Positions 7,927 to 16,793 of a stretch of 58,705 bases of DNA are shown here, piece by piece. The position numbers and the translations under genes were made by a program. Below the pieces are notes generated by a model, which was not told where the DNA came from, searched no databases, and worked only from the letters and a program-made list of their open reading frames with translations. How positions within the stretch are numbered: position 1 is the stretch's first letter; each line of letters starts with the position of its first letter. Source of the stretch: an uncultured Verrucomicrobiota bacterium. GTDB lineage: Bacteria > Verrucomicrobiota > Kiritimatiellia > CAIVKH01. Where the stretch lies: the NCBI GenBank assembly GCA_964441655.1, contig CAYTVN010000001.1, positions 1 through 58,705 on the forward strand, read 5' to 3'.

Positions 7927-10412
7927 TACAAATCTCCTTCGGCAACCATGTCCCCGAAGAACTGATGAACATACAGGAACGCCACGTTCTTGAAATCACT
8001 GTGATGCCAGTTCTCGTTTGATCGAGGCCATCCCGTTTTCAGCGTCATCAAGTCAACGTTCGCAGCGAAGAAATCTTCCACCTCGTTTCTCCCTGTCGCT
8101 CTAGACGATGCGGGGATCGCTTCTGCCAGTATCTTGCCCCGGACATTGGGTTCAGCCGCCAGAGCACTACCACCCGGCCCATAGAGAGCCTTGTCATAGA
8201 ACCGCTTGAAGAACGATTGAGTACGAAGCAGGTAGTCGGGCAACAACGCGGCTTCGTCCGGCGTAGTAGCCTTCACGAAAACGCCGTTGCTTGGGTCGTA
8301 GACGCCTCTGCTGTACGCGCCGTTGAAGCCCCACCCGCCGTGTGAATCGACACCAACTAGAACAGTTGGCAGGATGCCGCCTTTTACTTTCTCCTGAAAA
8401 ATCCACGCCTTTTCGGTCGCGGGCAAGTGCATGTTGCGTGGCGGATCGTTATTGTTCAGAACATCCTCACCGGAAGAGTAGTAATTGATCGCTCGTGAGA
8501 TATTTCCGAAACGCGCGCGCCAAGTCAGGTAATAACGACCGTCGGGCTCATCGAAAAGCTTGTACCAGTCCGCAGCCCAGACACGATTCGTGTACGAGGG
8601 CCAAGGCGACTCCTCTATTTCTAGCGGATGCCGAGCGGTGGCTTTGTACGCCTCCATTGCCACGGCGGCATCGATCATGAAGTAGCGCGCGAGATTGAGC
8701 CTGTGATCGATTATGGCGCTGGATGCAACCATATTGCCCAAGCTGTGAGCCGCCAGATATTTCTGTCCCGGTAACGCCGCCATGGATGAAGCCAACGCCG
8801 GAGCCGCTTGGAATGCATTTATGACGTCGGCGTGATAATATGCCCCCGGAGTAAGAACGCCCGGCGTTTCATCACCTTCCCACGTCACCGCCGTAAACAT
8901 CGCGCAGGAACCCGATTGAAACAGCCGCTTGAAGACTTCCGCGTTCCACCCGCGTGCGCCAGCTTCGGTTGTGTTAAATCCATGCACAAAGACAAACTGC
9001 TTCCCATTACAAATACTGTCTGGATAATTTGATGGCACTCCATCCTCCGTATGACGCGCTTCGCGACCACCTGTAACATGCCGCAAATTAATCCACCGAT
9101 ACATCTCCTCCACCCCGTCCACACTCAACGCCAGTTCGCGGCGGCCCAGCAAAGTCCCGCCTTTCCAGACTTCCAGGCGGAGGGGGGACGTGGTTTTTTT
9201 GGTGCCTTCCACCAGCAGTACACCCTTCTCCCGTTCGAGTCGGATGCGTGACAGGAATGACTCCGCAAGGGCTGTACCGGAGGCGTAAACGGCGAAAACT
9301 TCCGCCTCAAAGGACTTCTGATCAAGTTGCGGACCACACGAGGCAACGTCCGCAATCTGGTAGCGACCGGCTTTATTCCGCATGAGATCTGTGTACACGG
9401 CTTTGACGGCAATATCGCCCTGGCTCAGCTTGATGATGACCCCGTCGCCTTCGTGGATTTCGTCCACGACTTGTTTCACGTCCAGCCAGAGCGGAAAGAA
9501 ATCCAGCAGATCACAGCGGCCCGACACCCAGCCCTGACGACAATTCGCTTTTTCTCCAGCCCCGGGGATGTCCTGCTCGCCCTCGGAAACATCCCCGAGA
9601 TCCTGGTCGTCGTTGATCCAGATCCGGTAGGGATTCTCTTCCGTGATCTTGTCGCGATCATCATCACCAATCGCGCGATCACGATTTACGTCCGGCACCA
9701 GAGCCATATCCAACACCTTGACCAGCACGTCCGCATAACAACCGTTCGCATCCCAGACCATGATGGTGGTCTTCCCGGTTTTCACGCCGGTGACCAAGCC
9801 CTCCTGATCCACGTCGGCAATCTCGGTATCCCGACTTTTCCAGTAGTACGGCGGAGCACCTTCCGCGTGCAGCTGCAGGTTGGTCCCCAAAAATACATTG
9901 GTCCAGACACCCCAGAGATCGAGCTTGGTTACAGTTCGGCTGACCCAGCTGGTGGTCGCCGGCGGGGCACACTTCCGGTCCAGCCGTGTTACAAAACGGC
10001 ATTTGTATTCCTTGTTCGTAACACCCTGGCAAGAGGCCGCGGGGCCGGAACCCTGCGCTACGATTTTCTTCTGGCACCAGATGGTCCACGTGTATTCGGG
10101 AACAACCGGCGCGATGTACTGGTCAATGTACAGGGGCGGGCACACCTCGGGATGGCGATAGACAATGACTTTCTGGTTGTGGGCGCCCTCGTCGGTGAGC
10201 TCGACCGGTACCAGGAAATTAACGGTTTCGTTCAGGCAGACCGGATCGCTGGAATTCTCGTTGAATTTCTCCGTTATGTCGTTGGAACAATCGGTTTCGT
10301 ATTGCCCGCGATAGCGGCACCCGTGCCGATCCATCCCGTCCATCGCCGTCGCCGTCAGCACGCCAAAGGCGCCCAGCGCAAGCAACGCCGCTAAACATCG
10401 GCTGGCTTTCAT
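7926..10412 (-). CDS. Secreted multidomain protein: Big_2-like Ig domain + acidic middle region + C-terminal alpha/beta-hydrolase (lipase/esterase-like)
   Basis: Signal peptide MKASRCLAALLALGAFGVLTATA. Big_2-like LQLHAEGAPPYYWKSRDTEIADVDQEGLVTGVKTGKTTIMVWD. Hydrolase motifs FVFVHGFN and AAHSLGNMV (A-H-S-x-G nucleophile elbow). Start at ATG 10412 forms an ATGA overlap with the upstream gene. The 98-aa Arg/Gly-rich extension in the track ORF was rejected. Confidence 0.8.
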   Translation of the reverse strand: MKASRCLAALLALGAFGVLTATAMDGMDRHGCRYRGQYETDCSNDITEKFNENSSDPVCLNETVNFLVPVELTDEGAHNQKVIVYRHPEVCPPLYIDQYIAPVVPEYTWTIWCQKKIVAQGSGPAASCQGVTNKEYKCRFVTRLDRKCAPPATTSWVSRTVTKLDLWGVWTNVFLGTNLQLHAEGAPPYYWKSRDTEIADVDQEGLVTGVKTGKTTIMVWDANGCYADVLVKVLDMALVPDVNRDRAIGDDDRDKITEENPYRIWINDDQDLGDVSEGEQDIPGAGEKANCRQGWVSGRCDLLDFFPLWLDVKQVVDEIHEGDGVIIKLSQGDIAVKAVYTDLMRNKAGRYQIADVASCGPQLDQKSFEAEVFAVYASGTALAESFLSRIRLEREKGVLLVEGTKKTTSPLRLEVWKGGTLLGRRELALSVDGVEEMYRWINLRHVTGGREARHTEDGVPSNYPDSICNGKQFVFVHGFNTTEAGARGWNAEVFKRLFQSGSCAMFTAVTWEGDETPGVLTPGAYYHADVINAFQAAPALASSMAALPGQKYLAAHSLGNMVASSAIIDHRLNLARYFMIDAAVAMEAYKATARHPLEIEESPWPSYTNRVWAADWYKLFDEPDGRYYLTWRARFGNISRAINYYSSGEDVLNNNDPPRNMHLPATEKAWIFQEKVKGGILPTVLVGVDSHGGWGFNGAYSRGVYDPSNGVFVKATTPDEAALLPDYLLRTQSFFKRFYDKALYGPGGSALAAEPNVRGKILAEAIPASSRATGRNEVEDFFAANVDLMTLKTGWPRSNENWHHSDFKNVAFLYVHQFFGDMVAEGDL

Positions 10413-12637
10413 ACCTCGCCATCCCAGCGCGCGATGTCCTCCAGCACTTCCTCTCGATATTCCACGAAGCGCTCCCGCTCCGCGCCGTTCAGCGGGAGTT
10501 GATCCAGCTGGAGGCCAACGGCCAGCAGCGCGGCTTTGCCAACGATGGCTTGATCCAAACGCAAGCCGGGATCGGACCCCAGAATGGCGCGAATCTGCTG
10601 CACCGCCACCGCCACGGCGGCCAGGTCGCCGCGCCGGTAATCCAGCATCGCGAGCCACAGGTGCGCGATGGCACAGCGGGCATGCCCGGGCAGCAGGGTT
10701 ACGCAATCCCGGAAACAGCGCGCCGCATCCCCCGCGCGACCCGGCTTACCCATCAGCCACTGGCCGTAGGAAATCCCCACCTGGACGCGGCCCACCGATG
10801 GCGTTCCAAGGTCCGTCAACAGACGGCGCGCCCACGCCTCGCCCTCCCCGTCCCGATCCAGAAACCAGCAGGCCTCCAGCAAGTAGGCTTGATATTCCCA
10901 GTATTGTTCCTTCTCGGACCAAAGCTGATCCCGGTCCGCAGGCGTGAGTCGTTCCCAGCGCCGCAGCGCCGCCTCGCAGCGACCAAAGTCGCCCACCTGC
11001 CGGCGCGTCAACAGGAACAGCAGGTTCAGACGAACCGATGGATGAAGGGCCGAACCCAGACGCTCCGTGATTTTGGCCTCGCCAAGGTCGAGCACCTGGT
11101 TGGCCAGCGCATCATCCACCAACCGCAGCTGCCGCGCCGTGTCGAGCACCAGCTCCACGTTGGTGCTGGCCGCCAAGGCTTCCATTAACTCACGCCGCCA
11201 GACGCCATCGCCCGGCAACGTGCCCGCTTTCACCAGACAGCGAATCCATTCCAGCTTCGCCTGGATCCGAAACCGCTCGGGACTTTGCGGCGATGCCGCG
11301 TAGCGCTGATACCACGCAGCCGCCGCACCCGGCCGACCCCGCTGGACCTCCAACCGCGCTCGCGCCCACACCGCGCGCCCCCAGCCGGTTGAACCAACGG
11401 GTTCGTTGGCAACCGCCCGTTGAAAAAGGTCTGCGGCACGATCCTGTTCCCCGGCCACAACCAGCACCCGGGCCAAGCCGTGGTATATCCGCGTGGCGAA
11501 GGCGGCTCCAAACCGACGCCGCCCGTCCGCCACCCAATCCTCCACGGGCGTCGCTCGCTTTTGCGCCAGCAACGCGCGCAGGCGTATTTTGGAAACGGCC
11601 AACCACTCCAATGCGCTCACCGTGGGATCGCGCAGAAACGCGTGGGCCAGCTCCAACTGCTCCCCGGGGGCGCGCACCTCACTCACCGCAGAGGCCAGGA
11701 GCATTTTATGCAGTTCCGCCGCCGCGACCGGAAAGACCGCAGCTTCCGCCGCGAGCCAGGTCCGGGCCACGCTCCGCCACTGGCGCATATCGCGCTTCCG
11801 CAACTCGCGCACGATCAACCCCACCGCGCGAGCCCGTACCGAGGGTTTGGCTTGCGACAAGCCCGCGAGCAAATTCTCGCTGATTTGCCAGCCCCCCTGC
11901 GCCCGGCGCGCCGCAATCAGCGTAGCCCAGCCCGCCAGCGTCTTGGCCCCGAACGCGCCATTGCGGATGGACTTCGCGGCCAGATCGTAGGCCCGCATGT
12001 ATTCTTTCTCGGCCAGTGCGATGCAGGCCATTCCCTGGTGGGCACGACACGCGCCCTGCGGATGAAGGGCCATGGCCTGGTGGTAGAATTCCGCGGCCGC
12101 CCCCAGCTCGCCCTCCTGCAAAAACAAAGTGCCCATGCGGGTGGCCACCACGCCAAAACGCGGAGGTCGCGGCCCGACCCGAAGCTGTCCCGCCGCGCTC
12201 AACGCGCGCTCGGCTGTCTGGATGGAGGCCTGAAATGCATCCTCCTTGTAGCGGGCCAACTGGCAGGCATGCCGGGCCATCACCAGCGCGTCGTCGAGCA
12301 GTCCGCTTTTGAGCAAAGCCCGAACCTGGCCCACCGCGGGTCGCAGCCAGAGAGTATGATGCGCCAGCGCGCGGGTTCCGGCTTGGGTGTAAATCTGCGC
12401 GGCCGCCCCGAAATCACCGCGCTTGAATTCGCTGTCCGCGACCTGACCGAGCAGCCGGGATTCCAGCGCGCGATCACCCCCCGCGGTCTCCAACTCCCGG
12501 TTCACCCGCGTCAGCGCATGCGCGTAGCGATGATGCTGCACGAGGCGCGCGATTTCGCGCAGGGTGACCGATAATTTCTTGCGATCGTTAGGTTCTTGTC
12601 CGGCTCGTTTTCGGTACTTGATTCTCTTGGTTTTCAT
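10409..12637 (-). CDS. Cytoplasmic all-alpha TPR-like repeat protein
   Basis: 742 aa, Ala/Leu/Arg-rich, with repeated helix-pair patterns (e.g. FKRGDFGAAAQIYTQA, YMRAYDLAAKSI, DRAADLFQRAVA, YRRGDLAAVAVAVQQI). No signal peptide and a basic N-terminus MKTKRIKYRKR. High GC, unlike the downstream genes. Confidence 0.6.
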   Translation of the reverse strand: MKTKRIKYRKRAGQEPNDRKKLSVTLREIARLVQHHRYAHALTRVNRELETAGGDRALESRLLGQVADSEFKRGDFGAAAQIYTQAGTRALAHHTLWLRPAVGQVRALLKSGLLDDALVMARHACQLARYKEDAFQASIQTAERALSAAGQLRVGPRPPRFGVVATRMGTLFLQEGELGAAAEFYHQAMALHPQGACRAHQGMACIALAEKEYMRAYDLAAKSIRNGAFGAKTLAGWATLIAARRAQGGWQISENLLAGLSQAKPSVRARAVGLIVRELRKRDMRQWRSVARTWLAAEAAVFPVAAAELHKMLLASAVSEVRAPGEQLELAHAFLRDPTVSALEWLAVSKIRLRALLAQKRATPVEDWVADGRRRFGAAFATRIYHGLARVLVVAGEQDRAADLFQRAVANEPVGSTGWGRAVWARARLEVQRGRPGAAAAWYQRYAASPQSPERFRIQAKLEWIRCLVKAGTLPGDGVWRRELMEALAASTNVELVLDTARQLRLVDDALANQVLDLGEAKITERLGSALHPSVRLNLLFLLTRRQVGDFGRCEAALRRWERLTPADRDQLWSEKEQYWEYQAYLLEACWFLDRDGEGEAWARRLLTDLGTPSVGRVQVGISYGQWLMGKPGRAGDAARCFRDCVTLLPGHARCAIAHLWLAMLDYRRGDLAAVAVAVQQIRAILGSDPGLRLDQAIVGKAALLAVGLQLDQLPLNGAERERFVEYREEVLEDIARWDGEV

Positions 12638-12792
12638 CGGCGTCAACCCGCCTCCTACGGGTTTCGCCCCCAACCGCACTCCCAAATTAAGGCCGTTGAC
12701 CCTGGCACCACGCAGGCATCCAAGGCTACCGGCCACGGTCGTCGGATTGCCGGACTAGAAGGGACTACCGCCCGTAATCTCCGACGACGACT

Positions 12793-13056
12793 TCAAATCG
12801 CTTCGCGATAAACCTCCACCGTCATGCCACGACTGGCACAAACCCGTATCGCATCCGCCACGGTGGAAAACCGGGCGCGCACACAAAATGACTGGTCCGC
12901 AAGCGACGCCTCGTTCGCGTCCACCGGTCGAACCCTCACTACCGTCCGTTCCAATCCAGCGCTAAATGAGCCCCCAAAATAGGCCGAAACCGTACAACCA
13001 GCCACCGCAACAAATCCTGCCGATTTAACGAAATCTCGTCTGGTAAAACGTTTCAC
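12793..13056 (-). CDS. Small protein with twin-arginine (Tat) signal, unknown function
   Basis: (V)KRFTRRDFVKSAGFVAVAG matches the Tat motif. GTG start. Same strand as the TPR/hydrolase operon and upstream of it. Confidence 0.4.
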   Translation of the reverse strand: MKRFTRRDFVKSAGFVAVAGCTVSAYFGGSFSAGLERTVVRVRPVDANEASLADQSFCVRARFSTVADAIRVCASRGMTVEVYREAI

Positions 13057-13109
13057 AATGCCTATATATTGAACGGTAGAACGCTTTACAAGAATTATTT
13101 TGGTTGTTT

Positions 13110-13874
13110 ATGAAAAAACTTATTTGTGTGCTTTTCATGCTCCTTGCGGGCCTTGGGGATGCGGTATACGCGGCGCAGTTGGCTTTTTTCTACGCACTTG
13201 AAGCTGACGCGAATGCGCTGTCCGCCAGGGGACAAATCGTCTCGCCGTCCATCAAGGTGGGCTCACGCAACATCCAACGACTTCGGCTGGGACCACACAC
13301 GATCTATCTCACGAAAATGGGATCGGGCTGTCTGGAAACAGCCCTGTCGGCCCAGGCGCTCTTGGTTCGCTTTCGCTGCGACGCGGCCTACTCGATCGGG
13401 CCGGCCGGGGCACTAAGGGATGGACTGGTCCCCGGCACCTGGCACGCGGTGGACCGCGTGCGCGCCTGGCAGAAAAATTCGGATGCCGGCCACACGCTGG
13501 CGCCCTGCACCAACCTTGCCGCCCGCGCGAATCTGCTCAACACCACGTCACACCTGTCCGTGGCCAGCGGGGAAAACTTTATCACCAGCACCGAAGAGCG
13601 GGCTCGCGTCCACGACATCTCCCAGGCAGACGCGGTGGATATGAATCTCTATGGACTCATCCTGGCCTGCGAAGATCACCGCGTGCCGCTGACGGCCTGG
13701 AAAATCATCAGTGACCTGGCCGACGAGAGCGCGTCCGATTCGTTTCAAGCTTTTCGCGACGCGTACGACGGGGCAGGCGGCGCGGCGCTCGCGGACCTGA
13801 TCCTGGCTCTCCCACCTGATCCCGCCGACCCCCTCAGCCACCCCGCGATCGAGCGAGCCCTGCGGGAACAGTAG
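13110..13874 (+). CDS. Nucleoside phosphorylase family-1 protein (MTA/SAH-nucleosidase-like) with signal peptide
   Basis: MKKLICVLFMLLAGLGDAVYA signal. GSGCLETALSAQAL, SGENFITS and AVDMNLYGLILAC resemble PNP_UDP_1/Pfs motifs. ATG 13110 preferred over TTG 13104. Confidence 0.55.
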   Translation: MKKLICVLFMLLAGLGDAVYAAQLAFFYALEADANALSARGQIVSPSIKVGSRNIQRLRLGPHTIYLTKMGSGCLETALSAQALLVRFRCDAAYSIGPAGALRDGLVPGTWHAVDRVRAWQKNSDAGHTLAPCTNLAARANLLNTTSHLSVASGENFITSTEERARVHDISQADAVDMNLYGLILACEDHRVPLTAWKIISDLADESASDSFQAFRDAYDGAGGAALADLILALPPDPADPLSHPAIERALREQ

Positions 13875-13996
13875 TGGTTCATGTTTCCCCAACCGCCGCG
13901 CAATCGGCGCGCTTGAATTTATTCTGATTATTTCCGCCCCGCGGGGTATGTTTTTCGACGTCATGTCCCATCGCCTGGGGTGACCGGAAATTCTGC

Positions 13997-16774
13997 GTGA
14001 GGAAAATAGCATTAACGCGCACCCCAAGGGCATCCATGGTTTGGATCGCCCTCTTGAGCGCCTCCTGCGCAGCGCTCGCGGGATCGCCCACCGGGTGGAC
14101 CACGGGCGGAAAATCTGTGCTGGTGCTACCCGTTGATTTCACCGACAGCCCGGCCCCGGCGCCACCCCCCGAAGGGTGGACAACTGTAATGGAGCGGGTC
14201 AACCAGTTCTATCTGCTTCAATCCTACGGCCAGGCGTGGTTCAGCACGTCGGTGGTTGCTCCGGTGATCCATATGGGCGTTTCGTGGACCAACTATGTCC
14301 CGTACTCCAACTGGAAAACCTCCGCCTTTCTGCCAGACATCCGGGCCAAGGCAAAGCTGGCCGGTTACGATACCGATGATTTCGATCTGGAAGTATTTCA
14401 CCTGCGGCTGACCAACGAAGCGCCCGTAGGCATCGCGCTGCACGGCGGCAAAGGCTGCTGGCTGAACTTCACCAATGGCTACCCGCGCTTCGCCCTGGCC
14501 ACGGCGCACGAACTGGGCCACAACTTCGGACTGTTTCATACCCGGGCCTTCTCCGCGGCCAACTACGCCGTCTTCCCGATCGCGAAATACGGATTCTTCT
14601 GGGATGAGTACGGCGGAATGTTCGACACGATGGGCTCCGGCACGACGAACCTGCAGGCGGACTTCTGTGTGTACAACAAGAACTTTCTGGGCTGGATTCC
14701 CGATTCGCAGATCGCACGCCCCACCACGTCCGGCGTCTATCGCATTCATGCCTTCGACCAAGGAACAATCACGCCCGCCCTGTTCTACGGCATGAAGATC
14801 GAGCGCGACCCGAACAACGATTACTGGTTCGAATTCCGCCAAGCCTTCACCAACAACCTCTGGAGCATGAACGGCCTGCTGATCTACTGGGGCGGCGATG
14901 CCGCGTCGGTGTCCATCGGTGGGCCGATGCTGTTGGACATGACGCCGGGAAGCCGCGGGCTGGATGATCCCGAGCCGAACCGCGCCCCGGGAGCCACCAT
15001 ACTCGATGCACCCCTCGTGCTTGGCCGAACCTATTCTGACCCCGCCGTAAACCTGCATGTCACACCGCTTCGCAAAGGAGGGACCGTTCCGGAATCGCTC
15101 GATCTCGCCGTCCGCTTCGGTCCGTTCCCAACCAATCATCCCCCGACCGTTTCGCTTACGGCGACCAATCTCGCGCCAGCCACGAGCCAGCTGGTGCACT
15201 TCGCCGTCGCGGCCAGTGATCCGGACGGCGACCCGCTGGCGTATTACTGGGAATTTGACGATCCGGGCGCGGCCCGCGGCGCGGGGTTGGTGCCGTTCGG
15301 CGCCGGGTCTCCGAATCCGGATGCCATGCTCGCCACCGAGGCTGGACAGGCCTGGGCCAGCAGCGGTGTGTATCAGGTGCGCTGCACCGTCACCGACCTG
15401 AAGGGCGGTCAGGCTACGGCCGCCGCGCTGGTAACGGTCGGAAGCGGGGACGGCATCACCATTACAGGCACCGTGAAAGACGAGCAGGACCAGCCGCTCG
15501 CGGGAGCGATCGTAAGCAACTGGAAAAACACCAATCCCAACGCGGTAACGTTCGGGAACTCCAACCTGTTCGTGTCTTCCGAAACCGCCTCCAATGGACA
15601 CTACATTCTCCGCGTAAAACCCAACTCCACCAACCTGCTCCGAGCCCACGCCAAAGGCCGCGCCTTCATCTGCAACACGCCCGGCGGATCAACCACGGGC
15701 ACGGTGGTCGTGGGCGGCTCCAGCATCACCAACGTGAACTTCGTACGCACCACGAACCTGTGGACCATCAGCGGCTCGACGTTGCTGGCCGGCAACAGCG
15801 GGATTTACCAGCCCTCCACCCAGGGTCCGATCACCATTCAGGAATCCTTTTCCGGGCAGGAAACAAATGTCACCACCAACGGCACCTGGCAGATGACCGT
15901 CCCGGACGGACCGGTCGCCCTCTCTTTTATCGCCCCCACAAATTACGTGATCCGCTACAACCTCCCGAATCCGTACGACGTGAACGACCACTTCAATCTG
16001 TTCACCTTTTTCGTGGACGTACCCGGCGCGGTTTCCTACGAGGGCTTCGGCTCTGCATCGGACAGCGGAGATGGCAGCGCCGGCCTGGTCAATATCCCCG
16101 TGGTTCTTACCTTGCCGACGGGCTACACCAACAGCACGTGGCCGCCCAACCTCTGGATCGGCGCCGTCGTAGACGCGCGCAGCACGGCCTCCTACGGCCT
16201 CGACTACCGGCTCAACGGCATGGAAATCACCTTCACGAACTACACCTCGATCTTCACCAACCAGATCGCCCTGCAGCTCCGGCCCAATTCCTCAACGAAC
16301 AGCCGGACCATCGTGCTGCACCTCGACGCCTTTAACGCCGGGGCCAACCTCGGCGGGATCCAAACGTATACCTACGCCATCATCCCGCCCGGCGCGGATG
16401 CCGACGGCGACAGCCTGCCCGACTGGTGGGAGTGGCAGTTTTCGCAGAGCTTCACCAATCTGGCTCCGGAGCTGGACGATGATGCCGATCAGGTCGTCAA
16501 CCGGGACGAGTTTGCCGCCGACACCGACCCCGAGAATGCCGCATCCAAACTCGACATCCACGCGCTGCACTATTTGCCGGGTGGCGTTCAGCTTCAGTGG
16601 ACGGGCGGAACGCAGGCTGTGCAATTTATCGAATGCCGGCTGAACCTTCTGGATCCGGCTGAAGCCTGGACCACGATCCATACCAATCTGCCACCCACCT
16701 CACCCACCCCGAGCTTCCTCGCGCCCGAAACCACAAATCCATCGGCCTACTTTCGAATCCGGGCCGTGCGTTAG
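13997..16774 (+). CDS. Large secreted zinc metalloprotease (metzincin HEXXHXXGXXH) with PKD-like, carboxypeptidase-regulatory-like and TSP3-like modules
   Basis: Active site ATAHELGHNFGLFH. DPDGDPLAYYWEFDD (PKD-like), ITITGTVKDEQDQPLAGAIVSN, DADGDSLPDWWEW. The start may be ATG 14036 (MVWIALLSASCAALAGS signal peptide). Confidence 0.8.
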   Translation: MRKIALTRTPRASMVWIALLSASCAALAGSPTGWTTGGKSVLVLPVDFTDSPAPAPPPEGWTTVMERVNQFYLLQSYGQAWFSTSVVAPVIHMGVSWTNYVPYSNWKTSAFLPDIRAKAKLAGYDTDDFDLEVFHLRLTNEAPVGIALHGGKGCWLNFTNGYPRFALATAHELGHNFGLFHTRAFSAANYAVFPIAKYGFFWDEYGGMFDTMGSGTTNLQADFCVYNKNFLGWIPDSQIARPTTSGVYRIHAFDQGTITPALFYGMKIERDPNNDYWFEFRQAFTNNLWSMNGLLIYWGGDAASVSIGGPMLLDMTPGSRGLDDPEPNRAPGATILDAPLVLGRTYSDPAVNLHVTPLRKGGTVPESLDLAVRFGPFPTNHPPTVSLTATNLAPATSQLVHFAVAASDPDGDPLAYYWEFDDPGAARGAGLVPFGAGSPNPDAMLATEAGQAWASSGVYQVRCTVTDLKGGQATAAALVTVGSGDGITITGTVKDEQDQPLAGAIVSNWKNTNPNAVTFGNSNLFVSSETASNGHYILRVKPNSTNLLRAHAKGRAFICNTPGGSTTGTVVVGGSSITNVNFVRTTNLWTISGSTLLAGNSGIYQPSTQGPITIQESFSGQETNVTTNGTWQMTVPDGPVALSFIAPTNYVIRYNLPNPYDVNDHFNLFTFFVDVPGAVSYEGFGSASDSGDGSAGLVNIPVVLTLPTGYTNSTWPPNLWIGAVVDARSTASYGLDYRLNGMEITFTNYTSIFTNQIALQLRPNSSTNSRTIVLHLDAFNAGANLGGIQTYTYAIIPPGADADGDSLPDWWEWQFSQSFTNLAPELDDDADQVVNRDEFAADTDPENAASKLDIHALHYLPGGVQLQWTGGTQAVQFIECRLNLLDPAEAWTTIHTNLPPTSPTPSFLAPETTNPSAYFRIRAVR

Positions 16775-16793
16775 CAGTGGGCCTCCTCGTTCG

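Noticed and set aside
4525-10412. Labelling the hydrolase and paralogs as a T6SS Tle/Tli pair
   Set aside because: No T6SS, VgrG, PAAR or Hcp genes are in the window. The hydrolase has its own Sec signal peptide. I cannot match it to a specific Tle family by eye, so only the architectural analogy is kept as a hypothesis.
10413-10706. 98-aa N-terminal extension of the hydrolase ORF, and analogous extensions at 1791-1955, 3482-3541, 12638-12736, 17388-17507, 37742-37837, 39331-39768 and 42239-42295
   Set aside because: The extensions overlap the upstream gene or a repeat element, are Arg/Gly/Pro-rich, and precede an internal ATG that yields a canonical signal peptide or domain N-terminus, often with an ATGA-type overlap.
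13931-13960. Possible terminator CCCCGCGGGG + TATGTTTTT after the nucleosidase-like gene
   Set aside because: The stem is a loop-less 10-nt palindrome (at most 4 bp with a minimal loop), which is too weak to call.
14126-15649. 507-aa minus-strand ORF
   Set aside because: It is antisense to the metalloprotease gene (HELGHNFGLFH on the plus strand). It has low-complexity R/G/A composition and no motifs.
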